Shown in pieces: positions 26,766 through 35,842 of a stretch of 64,000 nucleotides of DNA (its first letter is position 1; each line of letters starts with the position of its first letter). The notes under the pieces were generated by a model. It was given only the letters and a program-made list of their open reading frames with translations, did not search any database and was not told the DNA's origin. Both the position numbers and the translations under genes were made by a program. The DNA comes from an uncultured Bacteroidales bacterium (GTDB lineage Bacteria; Bacteroidota; Bacteroidia; Bacteroidales; Paludibacteraceae): NCBI GenBank assembly GCA_934716995.1, contig CAKUYO010000010.1, positions 1,619-65,618 of the forward strand, written 5' to 3'.

Positions 26766-28376
26766 TTAAACGGAAGGCGTAGCCACCTGTTGGTTGTTGT
26801 CGCTGTTGCTGATGCCCTGGTTAGCCTCGATCTCCACACTCGGTATGAGGAAAAGCAGAACAGGGTCGTTGGGCTGGATGGTGTATTGCCAAGCCGCAGG
26901 CCAGTTGCTAGTAGCGAGGTTGGTACTCTTGCGGTTGATCGTTTTTTCGAGACGGAGAATATCGAAGAACGCAAAGCCTTCGCCCCAGAGTTCGATACGG
27001 CGCTGGAACCAGATCTCGTCCAAGAGATTGCTCTCGGTCTGCTGGTACTGCGGGTCGCGCTCGGCGGTCAGTTGTGCGAGTGCGGCACGTGCGCCTGCTT
27101 CGTCGCCCGAGCGGGCCAAGCCTTCGGCTTTGATAAGGAGCATCTCCTCGGCACGCATCAGAATCCAGTCGGCAGCAGCGGTCATAGAGGTGCTGTTGTC
27201 GTTAGCCAAGCCCCATTTGACGTTCACATACTCCATTCCGTCGCCGGCAGCGGTCTCTTTCCACCACGAATAGGCTGCATTGTCGAGGAGCGGCGAGGTT
27301 TTGTTCTCGTTGAGCCACCAGCCTTTGCGCACATCGGTGTCGGATATTTTGGCGTAGAGCATTGCAGAAATCGAACTATAGGCACCTACGCTGGTGTAAC
27401 CTGACGTATAGAACGAACTGACGTGTCCCTGCCAGTTGACGATACCCGACGAAACGACATCGTTGCTCTCGGTTAGGATATTCGCCCAGAGGACGGACGA
27501 TGCGTCTGCGGAGCAGAAAGTAGGTTTGGAGACCTCCTCGCGGGTGTAGATGCTTGCACCCGAGACGATGAGTGCGCTATCGGCATCGGAAGCCGCAGCC
27601 GCCCAGTTCTTGAGAGCGAGGTTAGCGCGGGCACGCAGACCGAGTGCGACCGCCTGATTGACATAGCCTTTGTCAGCACGGTTGAACCCTGCAAGCGCAC
27701 TTACCGAATAGTTGAGGTCGCGCAACACGAGGTCATAGACCTGTTGGACGGTGGCACGCGGATTGTTCTCCGACTGCTCCGAAGTCAGTTGCTCCGTTAC
27801 GATAGGCACGCAAGGGAGGTTCTTGGTTGCGTCGCTGTAGGTGAACTGGTAGAGTTGCGCCATCTCAAGGTAGCAGAACGCACGCACGGCACGTGCCTGA
27901 CCGAGGTTGGCACGCAGGGTAGCGTCGGTAGCGGTGCTGTCGATACCTCCGATCACCGCATTGGCGGCACGGATAATCTTGTAGTACTCACGCCAGTGCA
28001 TACGCATCTCAAGCGATGTATAGACACGGTCGGAGTATTCGCCTGCCGAAGCAAACCAGTTGTAGCCGATATTGGGGCGCACATAGTCTGCCCCCATGCA
28101 ATCGCGCATAATACACATCGAAGCATATCCGAAATCAAAGTGGCGTTCCAAATCGTCTTCGCCCAAACCTGCCCAGAGTTGAATCATCTGTGCATACATT
28201 GCCGAGATGTCGGCTGCCGATGTAGAGGGGTTCTTGCTGAACGCATCCTGTTTCTGAGATTCGGTCTTGGTGGCACCTTCGGGAGCGGTATCAAGCATAC
28301 TGTCGCACGCCGCCAGACCGAAGACCAAGCCGAAAAGGGCTATATATCTTGCTATTGTTTTCATTGTTGTAGTCAT
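26766..28376 (-). CDS. SusD/RagB-family nutrient-binding lipoprotein
   Basis: Lipoprotein signal ...FGLVFGLAAC, TPR-like helical content, and position after SusC. The true start may be the ATG at 28364 (MKTIARY). Confidence 0.88.
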   Translation of the reverse strand: MTTTMKTIARYIALFGLVFGLAACDSMLDTAPEGATKTESQKQDAFSKNPSTSAADISAMYAQMIQLWAGLGEDDLERHFDFGYASMCIMRDCMGADYVRPNIGYNWFASAGEYSDRVYTSLEMRMHWREYYKIIRAANAVIGGIDSTATDATLRANLGQARAVRAFCYLEMAQLYQFTYSDATKNLPCVPIVTEQLTSEQSENNPRATVQQVYDLVLRDLNYSVSALAGFNRADKGYVNQAVALGLRARANLALKNWAAAASDADSALIVSGASIYTREEVSKPTFCSADASSVLWANILTESNDVVSSGIVNWQGHVSSFYTSGYTSVGAYSSISAMLYAKISDTDVRKGWWLNENKTSPLLDNAAYSWWKETAAGDGMEYVNVKWGLANDNSTSMTAAADWILMRAEEMLLIKAEGLARSGDEAGARAALAQLTAERDPQYQQTESNLLDEIWFQRRIELWGEGFAFFDILRLEKTINRKSTNLATSNWPAAWQYTIQPNDPVLLFLIPSVEIEANQGISNSDNNQQVATPSV

Positions 28377-28383
28377 TTATATG

Positions 28384-28467
28384 CCTTTGCCGCAAAGCGG
28401 CAAGAAATCTAAATAAATCTTTGTTTGACATCCATAAATTGCCATAAATCTTATTCGCCTACGGCGG
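28384..28467 (+). repeat. 84-bp dispersed element, copy A (between susC and susD)
   Basis: About 95% identical by hand alignment (3 substitutions, 1 indel) to the reverse complement of 58300-58384. Contains the hairpin ttgccgc-aaa-gcggcaa. Confidence 0.9.
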
Positions 28468-28496
28468 AGAAATATACCAATTATGCTCGTTGAGAC

Positions 28497-31400
28497 TTAG
28501 AAAGTAATACTGATGCCGCCGGAGATACTGCGCATGGAAGCGTAGGTATTCATACTGGAGGTGGTGTAACTCTGGCGCGGGTCGAGACCTTTGCGGGCAG
28601 AAACGAGGGCTACATTGTCGGCAACACCGTAGATACGCAGTTTCTCCACTTTGATCTTGCGCGTCCACTTGGCGGGCAGCGTGTAGCCGAGGGTGATATT
28701 CTGCAGGTTCAAGTAGTTCGACGAAATGAGCCAACGGTCGGAAGAGGAGTTGGTGTAGAGGTCGGCTGCATCCACACGGGGTACATCGGTGTCGGTGTTA
28801 TCGGGTGTCCACGCATTGAGAATATCGGTGTGCCAGTTCTGCCCTGCGAAGGACGAGTTGCCCGAGTGCATCAGCGCACGATAGCCATCATCGTAGATAC
28901 GTCCGCCGAGTTGGTAGGCGAAACTGACAGAGAAATCCAGTCCGTATGCATCCAAAGAGGTACCGAAACCGCCATATACTTTCGGCAGGATGTCGCCCGT
29001 CTCATACTGTGTAGCGTTGGACCATACATCGGTTACGGTCTGACCCGTTACGTTGCCTTCCGCATCCGTGATGTCCTGATACCACAGCGATTTACCCGTA
29101 CTGGGGTCAACGCCTGCATATTTGCGGATATAGAAGTTGTAGAGGCTCTCGCCCTCCTTATATATATAGTTGCCGCTAATCCACTGACCGTTCAACTCGG
29201 GGGAGAGTTGGAGAATCTTGTTCTTGAACCAGGTCATATTGGCGAAGATCGTCCACGTTACGTTTTTGGTGCGGACAGGAACGCCGTGCAACTCAAGGTC
29301 GAGACCGGCGTTGCTGACCGAACCGATATTGACCGGCAGCGTACTATAGCCCAACGACGAAGGTACGGGTTTGTAGTAGAGCATATCCACCGTGCGGCGC
29401 CGGAATCCCTCGACAGTACCGCTCAACCGCTCATCGAAGAGGGCAAAGTCGATACCGACATTCAGGTTGTAGGAGGTCTCCCACGTGATGTCGTTGTTGC
29501 CCTTGTAGGTCAGCGTAGTGGCAAAAGCACCGTTGCTCTCGCTCACTTCGTACTGGTCGGTATAGAGGTAGTAGTTCACCTTGCCGTCGCTTGTAAGCAG
29601 GTTGTCGTTACCCTGCGCACCGTAACTGGCTTTCAGTTTCAAGAGGTTCACCACCTCTTGCGCGGGCTCCATCCACGACTCGGAGTTGATGTCCCATGCG
29701 GCACCAACCGACCAGAAGTTACCCCAGCGATGCTCTTTGGCGAAACGCGAAGAAGCATCGCGACGATAGGACGCCGAGAAATAGTACTTGCTGTCGTAGT
29801 CGTACTTGGCTTGTGCCAGAATACCCTGTGTAGCGTAATGGTGGGTAAGCGAGCCCGTCAGCGGGGAAAGAATGGCATTGCTCACCTCGGCAATGTCGGG
29901 TGAGAAGAGTTTGGTCTTCTGCCCGTACACAGCGGACTCGGTATATTGATAGTTCTCGTAGCCGAGCAGCAAGTCCACATTGTGGAGACCGGCAAAACGG
30001 TTGTTGTAGGTGAGCAGATACTGCTGGTTGACTGTCAGATAGCGGTCGGACTCCACATACGCAAGACCGCCCGAGGTGGCATACTGCCCGTAGTAGGGGT
30101 TGGTGGTCTGCTGGTAGCGGCTGCCGAAATAGTTGACGCCCACATTGGCGGTAGCCTTCAAGCCTTTGTAGAACTCGATGGTGGCATACCACTTTCCGGT
30201 AAACATATCGTTGGTATATTTCGACTTGTCGAGGGCGATAGCCGAAGCGGGGTTCGACTGGCTCATAAACGGACGCTGCGTACCCGCTGCCACCGAGACA
30301 CCGTCTCCGTAATCATACATCGTATAACCATTGGCATCGTGCGCGATAGAGCCGTCGGCATTACGGATATAAAGCGGGTAGATAGGCGCCATAAAATTGC
30401 TGACGAAGAAGAGATTGCCCGACGAAGAAGCCGCATCGTCGCTTGTCTGGTCGGTCGGGTACTTCTGATCGGCATGGGCATAACTCATCGAAGTGCCGAT
30501 CTTGAGCCATTTCTTGGCTTGGTAGTCCACGTTCACACGGGAAGTGAAACGCTGATAGTCAGAGTTCTCAATAATACCGGAATCATCCAGATAGCCCGCC
30601 GAAGCGAAGTAGTTGATTTTGTCGGTAGAACCGGAAACGCTGAGGTTGTACTCCTGACGAAGGTTGCTCGAGTTGAACAGTTCGCCATACCAACTGTCGG
30701 GCAGATAGTAGTTGCTGCCGTCGTTGTAACCGAGGGTGGCATTGGGGTTCAGTTTGCCGTTACGACCGATCAGGCGTTGCCCGCCCGGCACCGTATATAC
30801 CTGATAGCCGAGACCGCCGTTCTTGGGGTCAAGCAGGTAGGTGTTGGCGTACTCGTGCGAGTAAGCCGACGATTGTCCTGCGAGGTACTGGCTGTTGTAC
30901 AAGCCCTGATAGAAAGTCTCGTAATACATACCGGGGTCGGTCATAACCGAGTAGGTAGGCACCTCGCGCGAGTTGCTGCCCCACTTGGCATCTATGGTAA
31001 TCTGTGCGTCCTGCGTATTACCGCGGCGGGTGGTAATCAATACCACGCCGTTGGCACCACGCGCACCATAGAGGGCGTTGCTGGCAGCGTCTTTGAGAAC
31101 AGTAATGGACTCGATATCATTATTATTGAGCGTAGCAATCGTGTTGTCGTCGGCAGGTACACCGTCCACCACGTAGAGCGGGGAGTTGTCGGCATTGATA
31201 GAGCCGATACCGCGAATACGTATCTTCGTTACGGCACCCGGAGCACCATCGGTGCTGACACCCTGTACGCCCGCCACCTGCCCGCTGAGCGAGTTGGTGA
31301 CGTTACTCGTCTGGCGCTTGACGATGTCGTCGCTCTTTACCACCGAAGCCGAACCCGTAAACGATTTCTTGGTGGTCGTACCGAAAGCGACGACCATCAC

Positions 31401-31703
31401 CTCGTCCAACTCGGAAGTGTTCTCGGAAAGCACGATCTTCAAGTCCTGCGCCACCGGTACCTCTACCGTCTGCATACCGATGAACGACACCACGAGTATG
31501 CCTCCCTTGTCGGCAATGATTGAAAACTTACCATCGAAATCCGTGATGGTACCCTGCGTCGTACCTTTCACTTGTACGGAGGCACCTATCACAGGTTCGC
31601 CGTCCGTTTCGCTCAGTACGACTCCGTTGAATGTCTGCAACTGCGCAAAGGCGATGCCGATGCTTACCAAGCAGGCAGACATTAGGAGTAAAATCCTTTT
31701 CAT
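28497..31703 (-). CDS. SusC/RagA-family TonB-dependent outer-membrane transporter
   Basis: Carboxypeptidase-regulatory-like N-domain FNGVVLSETDGEPVIGASVQVKGTTQGTITDFDGKFSI, a plug, a large barrel, and a C-terminal ...ISITF. Confidence 0.95.
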   Translation of the reverse strand: MKRILLLMSACLVSIGIAFAQLQTFNGVVLSETDGEPVIGASVQVKGTTQGTITDFDGKFSIIADKGGILVVSFIGMQTVEVPVAQDLKIVLSENTSELDEVMVVAFGTTTKKSFTGSASVVKSDDIVKRQTSNVTNSLSGQVAGVQGVSTDGAPGAVTKIRIRGIGSINADNSPLYVVDGVPADDNTIATLNNNDIESITVLKDAASNALYGARGANGVVLITTRRGNTQDAQITIDAKWGSNSREVPTYSVMTDPGMYYETFYQGLYNSQYLAGQSSAYSHEYANTYLLDPKNGGLGYQVYTVPGGQRLIGRNGKLNPNATLGYNDGSNYYLPDSWYGELFNSSNLRQEYNLSVSGSTDKINYFASAGYLDDSGIIENSDYQRFTSRVNVDYQAKKWLKIGTSMSYAHADQKYPTDQTSDDAASSSGNLFFVSNFMAPIYPLYIRNADGSIAHDANGYTMYDYGDGVSVAAGTQRPFMSQSNPASAIALDKSKYTNDMFTGKWYATIEFYKGLKATANVGVNYFGSRYQQTTNPYYGQYATSGGLAYVESDRYLTVNQQYLLTYNNRFAGLHNVDLLLGYENYQYTESAVYGQKTKLFSPDIAEVSNAILSPLTGSLTHHYATQGILAQAKYDYDSKYYFSASYRRDASSRFAKEHRWGNFWSVGAAWDINSESWMEPAQEVVNLLKLKASYGAQGNDNLLTSDGKVNYYLYTDQYEVSESNGAFATTLTYKGNNDITWETSYNLNVGIDFALFDERLSGTVEGFRRRTVDMLYYKPVPSSLGYSTLPVNIGSVSNAGLDLELHGVPVRTKNVTWTIFANMTWFKNKILQLSPELNGQWISGNYIYKEGESLYNFYIRKYAGVDPSTGKSLWYQDITDAEGNVTGQTVTDVWSNATQYETGDILPKVYGGFGTSLDAYGLDFSVSFAYQLGGRIYDDGYRALMHSGNSSFAGQNWHTDILNAWTPDNTDTDVPRVDAADLYTNSSSDRWLISSNYLNLQNITLGYTLPAKWTRKIKVEKLRIYGVADNVALVSARKGLDPRQSYTTSSMNTYASMRSISGGISITF

Positions 31704-31796
31704 ACCTTACATAAAATTAGTTAATACCTCGGAATTTTCCGCCCCTCAACGGGCGATAAAATTCTATTAAATTTTGTTTAACACTGAAATTGGGCG

Positions 31797-31804
31797 CAAA
31801 AGTA
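31797..31804 (-). promoter_or_regulatory. -7 box (tacttttg on minus strand)
   Basis: About 93 nt upstream of the susC ATG. Confidence 0.5.
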
Positions 31805-31848
31805 CAGCAAATAATTCACATACGCAAATTTTATATAGCAAAAAGTTA

Positions 31849-31856
31849 TATTTTTG
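31849..31856 (+). promoter_or_regulatory. orphan -7 box (tatttttg) pointing into the hairpin-rich gap
   Basis: TAnnTTTG match with no ORF downstream. Confidence 0.3.
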
Positions 31857-32150
31857 TGCATTTCAATTGCATTTTGTATATTTATACACAAAAAACACAT
31901 TTATTTTGCTGCATAAATATACATCGATTGTATAGTTATAGCAGAAACTATGTATTAGCGACCGATAGCGGCGCGTGCAACAGGGTTCCCGCAAGCAACG
32001 CGCAGTGGGATGTCGGTTGCGCACACAATGGTATTGTGCGCCACTATGCCGGCTAAAAGTATTCACACCGCGGGCGAGGCGCCCGCGTCCCCAGTGAAAT
32101 GCACACCACCAGTCGCTGAAAGCGGTGGTTACCCAGCAGTTGGCACTAAT

Positions 32151-32193
32151 GTCTCCTATGCCGCAAGCGGCAAGAAAAATGGAAGAAAATTGG
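32151..32193 (+). repeat. gccgcaagcgRcaagaaaaatRgaa element
   Basis: gtctcctatgccgcaagcggcaagaaaaatggaagaaaattgg. Confidence 0.75.
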
Positions 32194-32256
32194 CAAAAGA
32201 TGTCCTACGCACTCGCTATGCGGTGCGAGAGAAATTAAAGAAATAAAGGAAATTAT

Positions 32257-32306
32257 AAAACAAAACCATCAAAACCTTGTCTTGCGGCGCAACACGCGCC
32301 GCGCTG
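32257..32306 (-). repeat. AACAC-loop hairpin element
   Basis: caaaaccatcaaaaccttgtcttgc then gcggcgc-aacac-gcgccgc. Confidence 0.8.
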
Positions 32307-32361
32307 CATTGTTACAAAGACTTGGTGTCAACTCCTGGGTAAACGCCCGGGATTGACGGCT

Positions 32362-32394
32362 GAATCACATACGAATCACATACGAATCACATAC
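32362..32394 (+). repeat. 11-bp tandem array x3 (gaatcacatac)
   Basis: The reverse complement of this word occurs at 62329-62370. Confidence 0.9.
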
Positions 32395-32590
32395 ACCTGC
32401 TATACACTGTGTAAGGGACGGTAAACGGGAGTCAAACAAATACACATTGGATGTGGCGGCTATTGCAGACCTCTATGGGATATTGTACAAACATATGGGA
32501 TAATTGCATAATCATACAACAGAAAAATAAAAACGGTTTGTTTTTTGGTTAATTTTAGTTCGAAGTGTTGCGCATTCAAAGATTTTTCTA

Positions 32591-32598
32591 TACTTTTG
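32591..32598 (+). promoter_or_regulatory. -7 box (tacttttg)
   Basis: About 85 nt upstream of the ATG at 32684. Confidence 0.55.
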
Positions 32599-32683
32599 CA
32601 ACCGATTTCGCTGTATTAATTGCATAATTATTGCATAAGCAGTGTCAGATTAGTCTTTTACAAGGAACAAAAAAAATACATTT

Positions 32684-34114
32684 ATGAAAAAACTTTTCTC
32701 TATTGTATGCGCAGCCGCTATGGTATTGAGCGCAAGTGCCGCCCCGCAGTTTGCCACACGGGTAGCCAAAAAGAACATGGGGGGGGCAAATACAACATTC
32801 CCCGCCGTTGAGTACACCGGTTTCAACCACAACCGTGTGATAGCCGCCCCGACAACGGGTATCAAGAAAGCCCCTGCCGCAGTCAGCGACGGCAAGATTG
32901 CAGCCGACTATGCACAGGCTGTGTTCTATCCTTCTTCGCTAACGGACAGTTATGCGATGTACGAATTTGATTTCTTCAGCGGAGAAGATTTTGCAGCATA
33001 CGTTGGAGTGAAAGCCAACAATGACAGTACAAAATTGGTAGGTACTTATTCCCTGTTGGCGGGTCAGGTGGTGGTTGCAGCAGGTGATACAACTGACATC
33101 AATTCGGGTTCGCTGGCTATCACATACGTAGCACCGAACTATCACTTTGCGCTGAATGCCGTATGCGCCAACGGGCAGACCTACACGATGGAGTTGGACT
33201 ATGCTGCAACAGAACTGAATGCCATCAACTATATGCTGTATTACTATTACCAATCGGGATACGGTTCGTATTTCGGAGTCAACACTTATGAAGACTGCCT
33301 CATAGAATTGGAAGATGCGCCGTTTGTACCGACAGGCAAGACCATTGACATAATTATCCCCGGCATCAGTTCGCTCACTGACAACACTGCCGACACAGAG
33401 GATGCATGGTTTCAGATTCAGGGTTCATCGACAGAGTATTATGCATCGGTATGCGTTAATACCAACCATTTGACCGGCACTTTCGGCAAAGCAGACATCG
33501 ACTACAACTACACCGCCGTTACCTTTGACGGGGAGACCTATATCTACGCCAAAGAATATGACAGCAACACGGTAAACGTCAGTCTGTCCGCAGACACGAC
33601 CATTGTAGAGGCGTCCGTAATGGGAAAAGACGGCAACATCTACCACATAGTAATGAAGTACTACATTCCGACTCCGACCCAGACGATTGATGTAGCACTC
33701 ACCGGTACGGTTGACAAAGAGTATGCGGATTATGGTTATGTTGATTTTGAGGCCTCCAATGCAGACTATGCTCTGGTGCTGCAACTGACTTCCTATACCG
33801 GTGCCGGCACATACACCATAAACAACCTTTACGGTATGAACGACACGGACGGCAGTTATTTGGGCGACATGCAAACACAATACATCATCGACATCGTAAG
33901 TGCAAACATCGTGTTGGCAGCGGACTACTCGTTTACGGCGCAATTTATCAGCACAGACGCACGTCAGTTCAACATCACATTCACGCCGTCGAAGACCGCC
34001 TTAGGCGACACTGCCGCCGAGAGCACAAAAGCACAGAAAGTGCTGCGCGACGGACAATTGGTAATTATCAAGAACGGCGCTGAGTACAACGCTCTCGGTG
34101 CGCAACTCCAATAA
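32684..34114 (+). CDS. secreted protein with T9SS C-terminal sorting domain
   Basis: Signal peptide MKKLFSIVCAAAMVLSASA and C-terminal ...KVLRDGQLVIIKNGAEYNALGAQLQ, typical of T9SS cargo. Confidence 0.75.
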   Translation: MKKLFSIVCAAAMVLSASAAPQFATRVAKKNMGGANTTFPAVEYTGFNHNRVIAAPTTGIKKAPAAVSDGKIAADYAQAVFYPSSLTDSYAMYEFDFFSGEDFAAYVGVKANNDSTKLVGTYSLLAGQVVVAAGDTTDINSGSLAITYVAPNYHFALNAVCANGQTYTMELDYAATELNAINYMLYYYYQSGYGSYFGVNTYEDCLIELEDAPFVPTGKTIDIIIPGISSLTDNTADTEDAWFQIQGSSTEYYASVCVNTNHLTGTFGKADIDYNYTAVTFDGETYIYAKEYDSNTVNVSLSADTTIVEASVMGKDGNIYHIVMKYYIPTPTQTIDVALTGTVDKEYADYGYVDFEASNADYALVLQLTSYTGAGTYTINNLYGMNDTDGSYLGDMQTQYIIDIVSANIVLAADYSFTAQFISTDARQFNITFTPSKTALGDTAAESTKAQKVLRDGQLVIIKNGAEYNALGAQLQ

Positions 34115-34215
34115 CAGACGTTTCTGATTTTGCTTTGCAGGCTTCCGCATAGTGGGCGGGAGCCTGCTTTCTTTTGGCACACGATTTATAATTTGGTTAT
34201 ATCAAAAAAAAGTCG

Positions 34216-34223
34216 TACCTTTG
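34216..34223 (+). promoter_or_regulatory. -7 box (tacctttg)
   Basis: About 38 nt upstream of the kdsB ATG. Confidence 0.55.
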
Positions 34224-34261
34224 CACGCTTAATGCGAGAAACAAAAAGAAGCATTACAACA

Positions 34262-35065
34262 ATGAAATTCATAGGAATCATACCGGCACGCTACGCCTCG
34301 ACGCGCTTCCCCGGCAAACCGCTGGCGGAGATATGCGGCAAGACGATGATCCGCCGCGTGTATGAACAGACCTCGAAAGTACTGGACACCGTACTGGTGG
34401 CTACCGACGACGACCGCATATACGACCACGTAGCGGCTTTCGGCGGCAAGGTGGTGATGACCCGCCCCGACCACAAGTGCGGCACCGACCGCTGCTTGGA
34501 GGCATACCAACTGATTACCAACCCATTGTACAGGGAGCAGAACGACCGGGACACGGTGATAATCAACATACAGGGCGACGAGCCGTTTATCCAGCCCGAA
34601 CAGATAGAAGCCATAGAGAGTTGTTTCCTTGAGCCCAACGGCGATGCCAACAGCACGGAAATTGCCACATTGGTCAAGCCGTTCACGGCGCAGAACACAT
34701 GGGCGGATTTGGAAAACCCGAACACACCGAAAGTGGTATTCTCGCAGCAGACACACGAAGCACTGCTTTTCTCGCGCAGCGTGATACCCTATCTGCGCGG
34801 CGTGGACAAAGCCGACTGGCTCGCACAAGGCAAGCACTACAAACATATCGGGATGTATGCCTATCGGGCGGATATATTGGAGAAAATCACCAAGTTACCG
34901 CAGTCGGCAGCCGAGTTGGCAGAGAGCCTGGAGCAACTGCGCTGGCTCGAAAACGGCTATCGGATAAAGGTGGCTGTATGCGATACAGAGACCGTAGGCA
35001 TAGACACACCCGCCGACTTAGAAAAGGCGATTGAGTACCTGAAACAAAGGGAATATATAGTTTGA
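34262..35065 (+). CDS. kdsB: 3-deoxy-manno-octulosonate cytidylyltransferase
   Basis: MKFIGIIPARYASTRFPGKPL..., NIQGDEPF. Start at 34262. Confidence 0.93.
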   Translation: MKFIGIIPARYASTRFPGKPLAEICGKTMIRRVYEQTSKVLDTVLVATDDDRIYDHVAAFGGKVVMTRPDHKCGTDRCLEAYQLITNPLYREQNDRDTVIINIQGDEPFIQPEQIEAIESCFLEPNGDANSTEIATLVKPFTAQNTWADLENPNTPKVVFSQQTHEALLFSRSVIPYLRGVDKADWLAQGKHYKHIGMYAYRADILEKITKLPQSAAELAESLEQLRWLENGYRIKVAVCDTETVGIDTPADLEKAIEYLKQREYIV

Positions 35066-35067
35066 CA

Positions 35068-35106
35068 GGACAAAGAACAAAGAACAAAGAACAAAGAACA
35101 AAGAAT
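35068..35106 (+). repeat. 7-bp tandem array x5 (caaagaa)
   Basis: ggacaaagaacaaagaacaaagaacaaagaacaaagaat lies between the kdsB stop and the deoD start. Confidence 0.95.
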
Positions 35107-35134
35107 ATGGTATAACCTCAGTAAAAAGACAATT

Positions 35135-35842
35135 ATGAACAACACACCTACTCCCCATATCGGGGCTAAATTCGGCGACTTTGCCGAAACCGTGATTATG
35201 GCAGGCGATCCGCTGCGTGCCAAGTTGATGGCAGAGAGATTTTTGGAGGACGCCGTACAAGTGAACAATGTGCGCGGAATGCTCGCATATACAGGCACTT
35301 ACAAAGGCAAACGCGTCAGCGTGATGGGACACGGAATGGGCATTCCGTCGATAGGTATCTATAGTTACGAACTATATAATTTCTACGGCGTAAAGACGAT
35401 TATCCGTGTCGGTTCGGCGGGTAGTCTGCAGAAAGACCTGCACATCGGCGATCTGGCTATCGCTATGGGCGCATGCACCAACTCGAACTACGCTGCGCAG
35501 TACGAACTGCCCGGAACCTACGCACCTATTGCCGACTTCGACCTTTGCCGCCGTGCCGCCGAGGCTTGCGAGAAATTCGGTTACCACTACAAGGTGGGCA
35601 ACGTGTTCTCGTCGGACACATTCTACACAGAGAACGCACACAACGACAAGTGGATCAACATGGGTGTGATGTGTGTGGAAATGGAGGCTCCCGCACTCTA
35701 TATGAATGCGGCTCGAAGCGGAAACAAAGCACTGGTTATCTGCACGATAAGCGACCATCTCATCACAGGCGAAGTAACTACCGCCGAGGAGCGACAGAAC
35801 AACTTTACCCACATGATGGATGTGGCATTCTCGCTTGTATGA
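35135..35842 (+). CDS. deoD: purine-nucleoside phosphorylase, DeoD type
   Basis: TPHIGAKFGDFAETVIMAGDPLRAK...NNVRGMLAYTGTYKGKRVSVMGHGMGIPS. Confidence 0.93.
   Translation: MNNTPTPHIGAKFGDFAETVIMAGDPLRAKLMAERFLEDAVQVNNVRGMLAYTGTYKGKRVSVMGHGMGIPSIGIYSYELYNFYGVKTIIRVGSAGSLQKDLHIGDLAIAMGACTNSNYAAQYELPGTYAPIADFDLCRRAAEACEKFGYHYKVGNVFSSDTFYTENAHNDKWINMGVMCVEMEAPALYMNAARSGNKALVICTISDHLITGEVTTAEERQNNFTHMMDVAFSLV

Noticed and set aside
32010-32246. A 78-aa ORF in the GC-rich intergenic cluster, and a 67-aa ORF at 31863-32066 on the minus strand.
   Set aside because: There is no start context, promoter or recognisable motif. The ORFs are made of hairpin and repeat sequence, so they most likely occur by chance.
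31950-32250. A cobalamin or other riboswitch upstream of the TonB-dependent susC.
   Set aside because: On neither strand could I find the B12 box or the GGTGAAAATCC-type core. TPP, FMN, SAM and ZTP signatures are also absent. The susC -7 box lies downstream of this region, so it would not be in the susC leader.
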